IMG/VR virus record: IMGVR_UViG_3300000318_000002
Coordinates: 1-64,000 of that record
DNA from: a virus
Length of the DNA: 64,000 nucleotides
Strand: one strand, 5' to 3'
The first letter of the stretch is position 1. Each line of letters opens with the position of its first letter. A model generated the notes under the pieces. The model saw nothing but the letters and a program-made list of their open reading frames with translations. It was not told the origin of the DNA and did no database searches. Position numbers and translations under genes: made by a program. Shown here piece by piece: positions 1-10,024 of this stretch.

Positions 1-204
1 GGGACGTTATCGGTATCAATATACAAAAATGGATCGTCGTATATGTCTATTGCACGGGATACGGCAGCGGCAGGGAATGCATATGTTGGGGCGGTAGGGA
101 CGTTAAATCTACCGGTAACGACAGGAGAGGTATATACAATATGGGCGCAATCTACATTGGGCGCGATGAGTATAACCGGTAACATAACATACCAGCGCAC
201 ATAA
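1..204 (+). CDS. 3' end of tail fibre/baseplate-like protein (partial; beta-rich C-terminal domain)
   Basis: Frame 1 open from window start, GTLSVSIYKNG...LPVTTGEVYTIWAQST...ITYQRT*; located directly upstream of the lysis genes. Confidence 0.5.
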   Translation, partial: GTLSVSIYKNGSSYMSIARDTAAAGNAYVGAVGTLNLPVTTGEVYTIWAQSTLGAMSITGNITYQRT

Positions 205-368
205 TTAGTTAGTAGGAAAGAAAAAAATGAGAATAACAAACGAACAAATATACGAAAAAATATCCAAAATTGAGCAAACTCAGGCGATGCTCGTTGAGAG
301 GTTAGAGTGTGTATTTTTATACCGGTTGTCCTTGGCACAGTAATTTTAGTTATAGGAGGTTTATAAAA

Positions 369-944
369 ATGAGTGCATTACCAATTATTTACAACAGTCA
401 GCGAAACAATTTTGATTTTGCTGGTCAGTTTAGAGGTTCATGCCAATGTTTTTCCACATCGGTATGGATGGCAATGTCATATTTTAATTCCGCTATTATT
501 GCCGATGATGATATCGGACTATCACGGTATGTCGATGATGTATCCGACGTGGTAGGTTCTGCGGGTATCGCGGAAGAAATAAAAAAAGAGGTCTCTGGAA
601 TTGTCGGAAATTCCGCTTATTTCTGGCAAGTACAGCAAGCTGGAATGAAAAAATGGATGGACGGAACCACTGGAGAAGCAATTTGGGAAAAAAATGCAAC
701 TTATGATCGAATTTCTGAATTATGTGAAGAAACTCCGATTGTTCTTGGGACATCAAAACTTGCAGGATTACCCGGCGGGCATATTATTCTTGCAATAGGA
801 AATGCAGGAAATGGATTATTTTTCCATGATCCATATGGCGATGCAGTATCGTGGTATAAAAATCCAAACGGCGGAGAAGTTATTTATCCACGTGAATTTA
901 TCGAACCCGCGATTAGCGGAAATATTTTATATTGGAAGGTGTAA
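369..944 (+). CDS. C39-like cysteine peptidase, putative endolysin
   Basis: YNSQRNN...QCFSTS..MAMSY, GGHIILAIG and HDPYG motifs; AGGAGG RBS before ATG 369; adjacent to a holin-like gene. Confidence 0.7.
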   Translation: MSALPIIYNSQRNNFDFAGQFRGSCQCFSTSVWMAMSYFNSAIIADDDIGLSRYVDDVSDVVGSAGIAEEIKKEVSGIVGNSAYFWQVQQAGMKKWMDGTTGEAIWEKNATYDRISELCEETPIVLGTSKLAGLPGGHIILAIGNAGNGLFFHDPYGDAVSWYKNPNGGEVIYPREFIEPAISGNILYWKV

Positions 945-947
945 AAG

Positions 948-1346
948 ATGGTTTTTATTAAAAAATGTAAAAAAATAGTAAATATTTTTTTTAAATTTAT
1001 TTTTTCAGTAATTGCAACAATAATAGAATATATTGCAACTATTCATTCGGGAAGTTCTTTGGCAAGTTGGACAAGGATTGCGGGGAGTGGAATTATTATA
1101 ACTGGTATTGTTGCGACATTTTGGTCAATAAAACTTGGTTTTCTACAAGGTCAGCCTCTTTCAAATGTTATTTGCTCTGCCTTCGGTGCTCTTGCAGTAA
1201 TCATTGGTGCAGGGAAAATAGCTGAAGGAATAAGTGGAACAAGTGTTCAAAGTAAAAGTTTTTCGTTTTTAGATACAGCGAAAGGATTTTTTGGTAAATT
1301 AAAAAATATTACTCCTCCGGACGATTCTAACCCCGAAGGTAAATAG
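948..1346 (+). CDS. putative holin
   Basis: 2-3 hydrophobic helices and a charged C-terminus; directly follows the peptidase. Confidence 0.55.
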   Translation: MVFIKKCKKIVNIFFKFIFSVIATIIEYIATIHSGSSLASWTRIAGSGIIITGIVATFWSIKLGFLQGQPLSNVICSAFGALAVIIGAGKIAEGISGTSVQSKSFSFLDTAKGFFGKLKNITPPDDSNPEGK

Positions 1347-1362
1347 TTTATAAAAGCCCTTA

Positions 1363-1716
1363 CTATTCAGTCGGGGCTTTTATTTCAGATTCAATCAAAA
1401 TATCAATATCCCGTAACTTTTTAGCATAATCCATTTCAAGATTATAGCGCAATCCCTTTAGCGCAAGTATTTTTGACGAATATTGACTTATTGGCTTTTG
1501 TGAATTTGGTTTATCCGGATTCCACATTGAATGAGAAATATTTGAAGAACATGATTTTTTAATTTCAAAATTACCATCATATCTGCCAAAAGAATATCCT
1601 TTTATTATCTTCCCAAAGTCTTTAGGCGGTAATAAATCAGGTTCAACAGGTTCGGTAAAGTGGAATGCAAGTCTTATTTTCAAATCTTCTATAATTTTTT
1701 GTTCTGCTTTGGTCAT
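1363..1716 (-). CDS. hypothetical phage protein
   Basis: 117-aa ORF with RBS; ATGA overlap with upstream gene. Confidence 0.6.
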   Translation of the reverse strand: MTKAEQKIIEDLKIRLAFHFTEPVEPDLLPPKDFGKIIKGYSFGRYDGNFEIKKSCSSNISHSMWNPDKPNSQKPISQYSSKILALKGLRYNLEMDYAKKLRDIDILIESEIKAPTE

Positions 1717-1853
1717 TTTAATTTATCCTTTATTTTCCTCAAACTTATTTCTTTACGTTCTGAAAATTCTTCTTTTTTACCTTTGTTCGCTTCAGAAATT
1801 GGACGATAATATCCAACAATTCTTGTATAACACTCTGTAGGCATTTTTTTCAT
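1713..1853 (-). CDS. stand-alone NrdD (class III ribonucleotide reductase) C-terminal glycyl-radical domain mini-protein, 46 aa
   Basis: Manual translation MKKMPTECYTRIVGYYRPISEANKGKKEEFSERKEISLRKIKDKLK contains the R(I/V)xGY and NxGKxxE...R signature; ATGA overlaps with both neighbours; absent from the ORF track. Confidence 0.8.
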   Translation of the reverse strand: MKKMPTECYTRIVGYYRPISEANKGKKEEFSERKEISLRKIKDKLK

Positions 1854-2044
1854 TTATAGATTACTTCCTTATTAGCCTTATGTTTAATGTCTGCCTCAAG
1901 TTTGTCAACACGTTCTTGAAGTTTTAGTATTTCCAAAATAAGTTCAATAATTACTACATCTTTTTCTTTATAATTTGAACAATAATCATTAAATATCCTA
2001 GAAAGTTTTTCTTTTTGTTCTGTTGTTTCAGCTACTCCAAACAT
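1850..2044 (-). CDS. hypothetical protein
   Basis: 64-aa ORF with GGAGG RBS. Confidence 0.6.
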   Translation of the reverse strand: MFGVAETTEQKEKLSRIFNDYCSNYKEKDVVIIELILEILKLQERVDKLEADIKHKANKEVIYK

Positions 2045-2109
2045 ATAAAACCTCCCTTTTATTAATTTATCACTTAACCCCTATTTTGAGAACACTTATT
2101 CTAACAAAG

Positions 2110-2181
2110 TACCCGTACAAGCCTTATACTCTGCTTAGGATCGCTCCTGTAAGGCTTAATTTTTTGGCTTCCCATCGGGTA
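2110..2181. repeat. intergenic hairpin element, copy 1 (copy 2 at 18928-19000)
   Basis: CGTACAAGCCTTATACTCTGCTTAGGATCGCTCCTGTAAGGCTT; inner stem AAGCCTTA/TAAGGCTT, outer stem TACCCG/CGGGTA. Confidence 0.7.
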
Positions 2182-2376
2182 TTAACTGTTTTTTAACAAG
2201 GCTTTAGTGCTTTCCTGGTAAAGACTTATCCCAAAAACTTCCCTCCAATAGACCAATTTTATTTTTCCTTTACCGGCACAACAAATCATCCAACGCCATT
2301 CAGTAGAATTTCTGAATTGGGCTGGTAAATCTTTTTCATCTTTAGGAAATGCCCATTTAGGATAATCATGTTTCAT
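2182..2376 (-). CDS. hypothetical protein
   Basis: 64-aa ORF with AAGGA RBS. Confidence 0.5.
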   Translation of the reverse strand: MKHDYPKWAFPKDEKDLPAQFRNSTEWRWMICCAGKGKIKLVYWREVFGISLYQESTKALLKNS

Positions 2377-2405
2377 TTTAGTAAATCATCCTTTTAAAGT
2401 GTTTT

Positions 2406-2765
2406 TTAATAACCATAGATATTCCCAAAATATTCAAAAAAATCAAGATTAATGTCCTCAAAAAATAATTCATCGAGTTCATCTTCTATATTTAAAAGAA
2501 TAAATCCTGAATATTCCTCTACCCATTCGACAACATAAATAAAAGAATTATTTATATTCTTAATAATATCTTTATTATAAAGCTCTTTCCTGTTTTTGTC
2601 CTTTTTCCCAATGAATTGACCAATTGAATCAGAAGCGCAATAATATCTTGTTTCTCTATTTTCTACGATATTATAACAACGCCGTGCGCCTTCTACCGTT
2701 TCAAAAAAATGCCCATATCGCCAGCACTTATTTTCTTCGTCATATCCTCTGAATTTTATTTCCAT
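2406..2765 (-). CDS. YopX family protein
   Basis: MEIKFRG...IGQFIGKKDKNRKELYNKDII...GNIY pattern. Confidence 0.85.
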   Translation of the reverse strand: MEIKFRGYDEENKCWRYGHFFETVEGARRCYNIVENRETRYYCASDSIGQFIGKKDKNRKELYNKDIIKNINNSFIYVVEWVEEYSGFILLNIEDELDELFFEDINLDFFEYFGNIYGY

Positions 2766-2767
2766 TT

Positions 2768-3109
2768 TTATTTTATTAACTCCTTATTTTCGTGGATGTT
2801 GCCGATTCTATGCCATTCCGAGCTATGCTCACTATTATCAAATTCTCTTGTTATGGTTCTGATATCCTCGACTACGAAAGTCCGCAATAGATTCCCGTGT
2901 GATATGTCAGCTATAATATCCCCCTCATAAATCTCAACGCCGTTTTGATCTTTTAATCCGGTAAATTGTTCTTTATAATCATGTTCAATATAAGGTATAT
3001 TTATATTAAAATTACCTTCGGGATAAGCATACACCCATTTCCCATCTAAAAATAATTCATACCCAACAATTTTATCATCTTTTATAAGTCTAAATTTAAG
3101 TTCTCTCAT
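2768..3109 (-). CDS. YopX family protein
   Basis: MRELKFR...QFTGLKDQNGVEIYEGDII...IGNIHENKEL. Confidence 0.9.
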   Translation of the reverse strand: MRELKFRLIKDDKIVGYELFLDGKWVYAYPEGNFNINIPYIEHDYKEQFTGLKDQNGVEIYEGDIIADISHGNLLRTFVVEDIRTITREFDNSEHSSEWHRIGNIHENKELIK

Positions 3110-3154
3110 TTTTGTCTCTCCACTTATAGTATTATATTCATGAATATTGCTTTT

Positions 3155-3415
3155 TTATATCTCTTCCCAAGAAATTATATGACAAGATAAATGTTTAAAC
3201 AATACATCCCGTTGTTTATGGCTAAAACTATTTTTACTTATAATACTTTTAACCATATCTGTAAAATCATCAGATTTATATTCAGAATCATTTAAACATT
3301 CTTCAACTATTATTTTCAATTCTTTATCAGAAAATTTCCCATATAATTCATATATTTGATTTTCCGTTTCAAACATATTTATATAACAATCTTCTATATC
3401 AAAATTAGATTCCAT
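3155..3415 (-). CDS. hypothetical protein
   Basis: 86-aa ORF with GAGGA RBS. Confidence 0.55.
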   Translation of the reverse strand: MESNFDIEDCYINMFETENQIYELYGKFSDKELKIIVEECLNDSEYKSDDFTDMVKSIISKNSFSHKQRDVLFKHLSCHIISWEEI

Positions 3416-3471
3416 GTTTTATCCTCTTTTAGCTTTGTGCATTATTATAAAACGATAAAAATTACCGCTTT

Positions 3472-3497
3472 ATAATAGCGCACAAGTGCGCTATTAT
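3472..3497. terminator. intrinsic terminator-like hairpin
   Basis: ATAATAGCGCAC-AA-GTGCGCTATTAT immediately after the stop of the DUF669 gene. Confidence 0.6.
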
Positions 3498-3501
3498 TTT
3501 T

Positions 3502-3984
3502 TTACTTTATCCAGGGCATTTTCCCTGTTGCCGGTGTCTGACCGTTCGGCACTCCTTCCGATGCCGTAGTTGTCGGAGCAGACGAAGGTGAACCGTTAAT
3601 ATTAAGGTGTTCCTTAATATTGTTCATTTTACCTTTATTCCCGTCAACAACCGTAACGTCAATTTTCAGCGGGATACCATGAAGTTGTGCGGTATCCTGA
3701 ATAGTCGCAACTCCAAGAACCTGTTTAATTTTGTTGAACTTTTTCTGTGCAATAATTCTTGTCTGCTGTTTTTCATGTTCAAGACAAAGCCACTCTGTAA
3801 CTTTCATACCTGAAAAACGATCATCAAGAATTTCATATGTCAAAGACATTACTTTGCCTTTGCCATCTTTAGTAAGTTTGTAATCGGATTCAACAATTCT
3901 TGCAGGATAAACTCCTGCGGGAATAACGGAGAATCCTTCGTCCGCTTCATTTGTTTCTGCTGTAAAATTACCCATCTGTGCCAT
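3502..3984 (-). CDS. DUF669 family single-stranded DNA-binding protein
   Basis: FSVIPAGVYPARIVESDYK...TK.GKG..L..EI; low-complexity tail ending in PW; next to Sak4. Confidence 0.85.
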   Translation of the reverse strand: MAQMGNFTAETNEADEGFSVIPAGVYPARIVESDYKLTKDGKGKVMSLTYEILDDRFSGMKVTEWLCLEHEKQQTRIIAQKKFNKIKQVLGVATIQDTAQLHGIPLKIDVTVVDGNKGKMNNIKEHLNINGSPSSAPTTTASEGVPNGQTPATGKMPWIK

Positions 3985-3989
3985 ATTTT

Positions 3990-4802
3990 TTATTCTCCTT
4001 TTTTAATTTTCTTTTCGTTCGTTTGTACTTTTTCTTCGTATGGACCGGTAAGCAACCATTCCATAATATCAGCGCAATATTCTTCCTGAACGACAACATC
4101 TGTAAGACCAAAACAATTGCATGATATCATAGCCGGAGATTTCCCTTCAACATACAATTTCCGTCCGTCTCCTGCAATTGGCTTTCCTGTTTTGTCTTTT
4201 TCGCCTTTAGAAACAAATATCTCCTTGTCGTAAAAAGCGATAATATCAGCCCATCCCTCAAGAATCGGAACTGCATATTTGTCAATCTTCATTGCCCATT
4301 TATCATACTGATCATGATCGGGCGGATTAACTTTCATTGGCATTGCATGAGCAACGAGAATAATGTCAATACCGTAGTTGATGCGAAGATCATCAAGTTC
4401 GGCGAGAAATTTCCGCCATTTAATAACCGCATGAATAGATAATCCTTTGTTGAAATTGGTATCTTTAATTTTATCTTCAACTAAAGAATTCCAGCCATGC
4501 TCTCTACTTACCTTGTCATGCAATAAAGGTTCAAACTCATCAAGGGTATCAATGATAAACCTTTTTTGTTTATACGTCCCGTTTTTAAATAAACCAATAA
4601 CTGTTTCAACATCTTCATAGCATGTAACAAGCGGTAGTTTTGCACCATGAAGATGCGCAACGCGATTTTCTGTCGGAAGCAGAAGAGAATTTTTTGCAGA
4701 AATTGCAAGTGTACTTTTCCCGAGTTTCGGCGGTCCGTACAATACAATTTTTCTTGCCTGTCTCTCCGGTCCCTGAGTAATTGCCATAGGATCAAAACCC
4801 AT
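3990..4802 (-). CDS. Sak4-like/AAA_24 ssDNA-annealing ATPase
   Basis: Walker A YGPPKLGKST, IIDTLD, ILVAH, WADIIAF; GGAGG RBS supports start 4802. Confidence 0.85.
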   Translation of the reverse strand: MGFDPMAITQGPERQARKIVLYGPPKLGKSTLAISAKNSLLLPTENRVAHLHGAKLPLVTCYEDVETVIGLFKNGTYKQKRFIIDTLDEFEPLLHDKVSREHGWNSLVEDKIKDTNFNKGLSIHAVIKWRKFLAELDDLRINYGIDIILVAHAMPMKVNPPDHDQYDKWAMKIDKYAVPILEGWADIIAFYDKEIFVSKGEKDKTGKPIAGDGRKLYVEGKSPAMISCNCFGLTDVVVQEEYCADIMEWLLTGPYEEKVQTNEKKIKKGE

Positions 4803-4815
4803 TTTGTAAACCTCC

Positions 4816-4980
4816 TTACTTTTTAATGGTTTTTTCTTTCTTAAACTCAGCAAAGCCAAGTTTTAAAAGTCGGCGATAGCCTTCATTGTAATTTTTGATT
4901 CGACGATTTAGAAATTCATTTTCAATTTCGTCCTTATCATCAATCATTAATGAGATGCGCTTTCGCTCTGTTTCAGCCAT
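4816..4980 (-). CDS. small putative DNA-binding (RHH-like) protein
   Basis: MAETERKRISLMID... with GGAGG RBS; first gene of the leftward operon. Confidence 0.45.
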   Translation of the reverse strand: MAETERKRISLMIDDKDEIENEFLNRRIKNYNEGYRRLLKLGFAEFKKEKTIKK

Positions 4981-5155
4981 AAGCCAACCTCCGTTATTCA
5001 AGACTAAAAACAATACGACTTTTTAATTATTATTTGTCAAGGGAAATAAAATATTTTTTTAGTAAAATGTTTTTTTCTTATTAAGCTTGACATAAAAGAA
5101 TATATATTTTCTATTTGGTCGTGTCAAAATAAAATTCGTTAAAGGATGTTTAAAA

Positions 5156-5563
5156 ATGAAAACAGAAAAAGAATTAACCCTTGAAGAAAAAAAAGAAGCT
5201 CTACTTAAAGACTGGTTGAAATTTAAAAAGGCAGAAACTACCGCAAAAGACGAGCGTTATAAGGTGGAAACCGAAATAGAAAATATGTTTGGAGCATTTG
5301 ACGGCGGTTCAAAATCTTTTAAAGAAGATAAATTTAAAGTTACTATTAGTAAAACAACTAAAATCGAACTTGATCAAGAAGCATATAAAAAAATTCGATC
5401 AGATATTCCAGCCGATCTTCGACCTGAAAAAGTAAAATTTGAGCTAGATAAAGAAGGATATGAGTATCTGAAAGGGAACCAACCTGAAATATATAAAGAT
5501 GTTTCTAATTGTGTGACAATAACTCCTAAAAAATCAACGATAAAAGTTGAAAAGGTAAAATAA
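5156..5563 (+). CDS. conserved phage replication-module protein
   Basis: Coiled coil WLKFKKAE..AKDER..VE and C-terminal ITPKKSTIKV, a type usually found beside Sak4/Cas4-like genes. Confidence 0.6.
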   Translation: MKTEKELTLEEKKEALLKDWLKFKKAETTAKDERYKVETEIENMFGAFDGGSKSFKEDKFKVTISKTTKIELDQEAYKKIRSDIPADLRPEKVKFELDKEGYEYLKGNQPEIYKDVSNCVTITPKKSTIKVEKVK

Positions 5564-6756
5564 TGGCTGCGATAAATATCTCTGAAAGGAATTTAACTCT
5601 TGCAAAAATTGATGAAGCGATTATAAGGGAAAAAACAAAAGAAGCACCCCGCAATTATCTTGGGATGAGCGAAATAGGTCATGAATGCTGGCGGTATCTA
5701 TTTTATTCCTTCCGTGGTTGCGCTAAACGGAATATTGATCTTTCTATTGAAAAAGATCCAGACGTTATTGCAAAAGAAGCTCTTGGGATTAGACGAACAG
5801 GCGGCGGTCATATTCAAGAAGATATTATGGCAGAACGGTTGCGACTTCTGCCATATATCACACTATACACAAAAGATCCGAATAATGAAAAAGAACAAAT
5901 AGGATTCCAACTTCTATTGAATCATTTTTCAGGTCACTTGGACGGAATGATAAAGGGTATTATCGAAGCCCCGGCAACATGGCATGTTTGGGAAAATAAA
6001 GCTTGCGGAGATAAGAAATTTACAGAGCTTGAAAACGCAATAATGAAATATGGAGAAAAGGAAGCTCTATATAACTGGAATATTGTCTACTACGCACAAG
6101 CGCAGACCTATATGTTATGTTCTCAGACAGAAAGACATTATTTAACTGTTGTCGATTCTGGCGGGATAAAATGGACTTCGGTTCGTACCGAATTTAACCG
6201 CAAATATGCAGAAAGTTTAATTGAGAAAGCCAAAACTATCATTTTTGATAACTGGAATATTCCACCAAAAATGAATCAAAACAGAGAATTTTTTCAATGT
6301 AAATGGTGCCATTTCCAAGGAATATGTCATGATGGTAATTTGCCAGATGTCAATTGTCGTTCTTGCCGTTATCGTGAGCCTGTACAAAATGGAGAAAACA
6401 AATGTTTACTTCATAAAAAAATAATTGAAAAAGAATTATTAAACTCATCTTGCCCGGATCATATTTATAATCCGGCAATAGTACCAGCAAAAATGATAGA
6501 ACATCAAGATGATGGTTGCATTTATAAAACAGAAAACGGTTTTATCTTTGCGAATACAACATTGACCGGAATGCCCGATGTAAAAGGGAAACTTGATGGT
6601 ATATATACATCATTGGCACTCCGTAACGATATAAAAAATGTTAATTCTCTGAATAAAGAATCGGCACAAATAGTAAAAACTTTTGATGGAGCGATTGAAA
6701 CTGATGGAATGAAGGCATGGGAAAAACAAAAAGACGCGAAGCAATTTGAACTTTAA
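5563..6756 (+). CDS. Cas4-like PD-(D/E)XK exonuclease
   Basis: YLGMSEIGHECWR, GHLDG, WENK, YYAQAQTYM, CKWCHFQGIC Fe-S cysteines and a further CRSC cluster. Confidence 0.85.
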   Translation: MAAINISERNLTLAKIDEAIIREKTKEAPRNYLGMSEIGHECWRYLFYSFRGCAKRNIDLSIEKDPDVIAKEALGIRRTGGGHIQEDIMAERLRLLPYITLYTKDPNNEKEQIGFQLLLNHFSGHLDGMIKGIIEAPATWHVWENKACGDKKFTELENAIMKYGEKEALYNWNIVYYAQAQTYMLCSQTERHYLTVVDSGGIKWTSVRTEFNRKYAESLIEKAKTIIFDNWNIPPKMNQNREFFQCKWCHFQGICHDGNLPDVNCRSCRYREPVQNGENKCLLHKKIIEKELLNSSCPDHIYNPAIVPAKMIEHQDDGCIYKTENGFIFANTTLTGMPDVKGKLDGIYTSLALRNDIKNVNSLNKESAQIVKTFDGAIETDGMKAWEKQKDAKQFEL

Positions 6757-6774
6757 ACAAATAAGGATAAACCA

Positions 6775-8058
6775 ATGACTCAAGATAAAGCATATGAAAT
6801 TATTATGTCCGGGCAAAATATATTCTTAACAGGAGAAGCGGGAACGGGTAAAACGTGGCTTTTAAATAAAGTTATAAAAGATCTTAGAGAACAAAAAAAG
6901 ATTGTTGCGGTAACTGCAAGTACCGGGATTGCGTCTACTCATATTGGCGGATCAACAATACATTCTTGGGCAGGAATCGGTATTAAAGAAAAACTTGATA
7001 TTTCCGATCTTTATAAAATTAAAAATTTTCCTAAAGCATATAATCGTATTAGATACACGGATGTTCTTATTATTGATGAGATATCAATGATACATGGATA
7101 CCGGCTTGATCTTGTCGATGAGGTTTTACGCTTTATCAAAGATTCTGGATATATCTTCGGCGGTGTTCAAATTATATTGGTCGGTGATTTCTTTCAGCTC
7201 CCACCCGTATCAAAAAGAAGTAATGAATCAAATTATACTTTTAATTCAGAATCATGGAAAGCAGCGAACTTAAAAGTATGTTATCTTGATAAAAATTATC
7301 GCCAAAGTGAGGACGCTGAATTTAAAGAAATACTTAATGCTCTTCGTAATAGTAAGGTTACGAATGATATGAAAAAAAGGCTTACAAATTTACGAGAAAA
7401 TAAAACACATATGGAAGAAGCAATAAACCTATATTGCACAAATGATGATGTATCATATGAAAACTACGCTAAACTGAGTATAATAAACAGTACCGCTCAT
7501 GATTTTATTTACGAAACAAAAGGCGAACCGAAATATGTAGAAAAATTAACAAAAGATTGGATGGGAGAATCCAAGCTTACTTTGAAAAAAGGCGCAAAAG
7601 TTATGACAATTACAAATCATCCAGATCAATTATATGTCAATGGTTCTATGGGTAAAATAGTTGGTTTTGCAGATACAGATGAACAAGAACCTATTATTGA
7701 ATTTTACAAAACAAAACGAAAAATGACCATGAAAAAACATGAATGGAAACTTGAAGACGATAACGAAAACGGATTTCATCAAATTCTTGCGTCAATTTAT
7801 CAATATCCAATAAAGCTTGCTTATGCTATCTCGGTTCATAAATCACAGGGATGTACATTCGACTATATCAATCTCGATCTTACAAAAGCATTTAATTACA
7901 ACATGGGATATGTTGCATTATCTCGCTGTACTTCCCTCGACGGAATTTATTTGAGTGATTATAATTATGCGTCACTTCAGACTGATCCTGTAGTAATTTC
8001 AAAAGATAAAGAATTTAGAAGCCAAAGCTTGGAGAACGAAAAAGATGTTAAAGCTTAG
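6775..8058 (+). CDS. PIF1-family SF1B DNA helicase
   Basis: TGEAGTGKT, IDEISM, GDFFQLPPV, YAISVHKSQG, YVALSR. Confidence 0.93.
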   Translation: MTQDKAYEIIMSGQNIFLTGEAGTGKTWLLNKVIKDLREQKKIVAVTASTGIASTHIGGSTIHSWAGIGIKEKLDISDLYKIKNFPKAYNRIRYTDVLIIDEISMIHGYRLDLVDEVLRFIKDSGYIFGGVQIILVGDFFQLPPVSKRSNESNYTFNSESWKAANLKVCYLDKNYRQSEDAEFKEILNALRNSKVTNDMKKRLTNLRENKTHMEEAINLYCTNDDVSYENYAKLSIINSTAHDFIYETKGEPKYVEKLTKDWMGESKLTLKKGAKVMTITNHPDQLYVNGSMGKIVGFADTDEQEPIIEFYKTKRKMTMKKHEWKLEDDNENGFHQILASIYQYPIKLAYAISVHKSQGCTFDYINLDLTKAFNYNMGYVALSRCTSLDGIYLSDYNYASLQTDPVVISKDKEFRSQSLENEKDVKA

Positions 8059-9661
8059 ATATTATCAGCAGGACGCAATAGATAATTGTTTTAAATACAT
8101 TTGTAAAGCTGAGAACTATGGAAATAACCCTTTAATTGTTCTTCCAACCGGAAGTGGGAAATCGCTTGTTATTGCTAAAATTGCAGAAATGGTTTTATCT
8201 GACAAAAACACCCGCGTTTTAAATTTAGCACACCAGAAAAATTTAATAAATCAAAATTTTGAAGAATATGTCGGTGTTATGGAAGGTCAATTGATTGATG
8301 CTGGTGTTTATTCTGCCGGACTTAATCGCCGAGATACACAAAATAGAATGATCTTTGCGTCTATTCAATCGGTTCATAATAAAGCTTGGCAACTTGGGTG
8401 GTTTGATATTATTCTTGTTGATGAGTGCCATATGATAAATAGCAAAGATGAGGGAACTTTCAGAAGTTTCCTTAATGAAATGAAAAAAATAAATCCTAAA
8501 TGCGTTATTATTGGTCTCAGCGCAACACCGTTCAGAATGAAAGGAGGAATACTTTGTGATGAAGAAAATGAAGAACGATTATTTCATTCTATTTGTCATG
8601 AGACACCGATGCCTGAACTTATGAGCGCAAATCACCCAAAGAATATAGATCATATACAATATTTATGTCCTCTTGTTTCCCCTGGTATTGTTAATTATGC
8701 TGATATCTCAAAAGTTCATACAATGGCAGGTGAATTTAATTTAAAAGAAATGGAAGAAGCTTTCAATCAAGATGCACTTGTAGACCGTGCGGTTCAAGAG
8801 ATTTTAACAAAAGCCATAAATAGAAAAAAGATTTTAGTTTTTTCAGCAGGAATCAAACATGCGCAAACGATATATGATGCTTTTAAACGATATGGTGTTG
8901 ATGCTGGGTTAGTTCATTCTAAAAATGTGGACAGCGACCTTGAACTTGAAAAATTCAAGACAACCGATCTTCGAGTTATGATAAATTGTGATGTACTAAC
9001 AACCGGATACAACCAAAAAAATATTGATTGTATCGCAATGCTCCGATCAACAAAATCAATAGGACTATATGTTCAGATTGCAGGTCGCGGGATAAGAATG
9101 TCTCCTGATAAAAACGATTGCTTGTATCTGGACTTTGGGACGAATATTGAAAGAATGGGACCTATTGATAAAATTGAAATATTTAAAAAGAAAAAAGGCA
9201 GATTTGTTGTAGGCGGTGCGCCGGTTAAAAGATGTCCGAAATGTAATTACATGGTAGCGGTATCTGCTAATATTTGTCCTGATTGCGGATATGAATTTCC
9301 TGAAACTCCTAAACATGAAGATAAGGCTAGTGATGCTGACATATTAAGCACATGGAAAAAACCAGAGACAATAGATGTCCAAAAAATTGTTTATTCAGCG
9401 CATTGGAAAGAAAATGTAATATTTCCTTCTCTTAGAGTTGATTATTATACAGATATCGCAAGTTTTGAATCCGAATGGGTATGTATTGAGCATACAGGGT
9501 TTGCGAAGAATAGAGCGATACAATGGATAAAAAATAGAACAGAAACACCGTTTAAAACGGTACAAGAATTACTTGACAATGAAGATGTTTTAAGAAAGCC
9601 AAAACAAATTATTATAGATAAGAATCAAAAATTTCATAAAATAATTGGATATTTATTTTAA
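8045..9661 (+). CDS. SF2 DExH helicase with C-terminal zinc ribbon (RadD/YejH-like)
   Basis: LPTGSGKS, DECH, GLSATP, QIAGRGIR, CPKC...CPDCG. Confidence 0.92.
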   Translation: MLKLRYYQQDAIDNCFKYICKAENYGNNPLIVLPTGSGKSLVIAKIAEMVLSDKNTRVLNLAHQKNLINQNFEEYVGVMEGQLIDAGVYSAGLNRRDTQNRMIFASIQSVHNKAWQLGWFDIILVDECHMINSKDEGTFRSFLNEMKKINPKCVIIGLSATPFRMKGGILCDEENEERLFHSICHETPMPELMSANHPKNIDHIQYLCPLVSPGIVNYADISKVHTMAGEFNLKEMEEAFNQDALVDRAVQEILTKAINRKKILVFSAGIKHAQTIYDAFKRYGVDAGLVHSKNVDSDLELEKFKTTDLRVMINCDVLTTGYNQKNIDCIAMLRSTKSIGLYVQIAGRGIRMSPDKNDCLYLDFGTNIERMGPIDKIEIFKKKKGRFVVGGAPVKRCPKCNYMVAVSANICPDCGYEFPETPKHEDKASDADILSTWKKPETIDVQKIVYSAHWKENVIFPSLRVDYYTDIASFESEWVCIEHTGFAKNRAIQWIKNRTETPFKTVQELLDNEDVLRKPKQIIIDKNQKFHKIIGYLF

Positions 9662-9702
9662 TAAAACTTGACAAGACAAATTGCTTAAACAAAATAGGGT
9701 GT

Positions 9703-9996
9703 ATGAAAAACATTAAACGAAAAAACGGTATTGTTAAATATCAATCAACAACATTAAAACTTTCTGATAGAGTATTATTGGATTTAGACAAATATGAGAA
9801 CCAATCATATTTTATTGAACTACAAATGCTCCAGAATGAAAAATTATGGATAAATAAAACCTTTATTCGTCACAAAAGACGATCTTTCCCAATAAAAAGA
9901 ACATTCACGTTTACAAATGAATTTAAAACAAAATTAAAAAAAACAGGGAACATGAGTTCTGCCGTTGATACCGTATTAAATACAATTCTCAAATAA
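9703..9996 (+). CDS. hypothetical protein, possibly DNA-binding
   Basis: 97-aa basic ORF downstream of a TTGACA hexamer. Confidence 0.5.
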   Translation: MKNIKRKNGIVKYQSTTLKLSDRVLLDLDKYENQSYFIELQMLQNEKLWINKTFIRHKRRSFPIKRTFTFTNEFKTKLKKTGNMSSAVDTVLNTILK

Positions 9997-10024
9997 TTTC
10001 AAAATTTGGAAAAGAGAACCCCCA

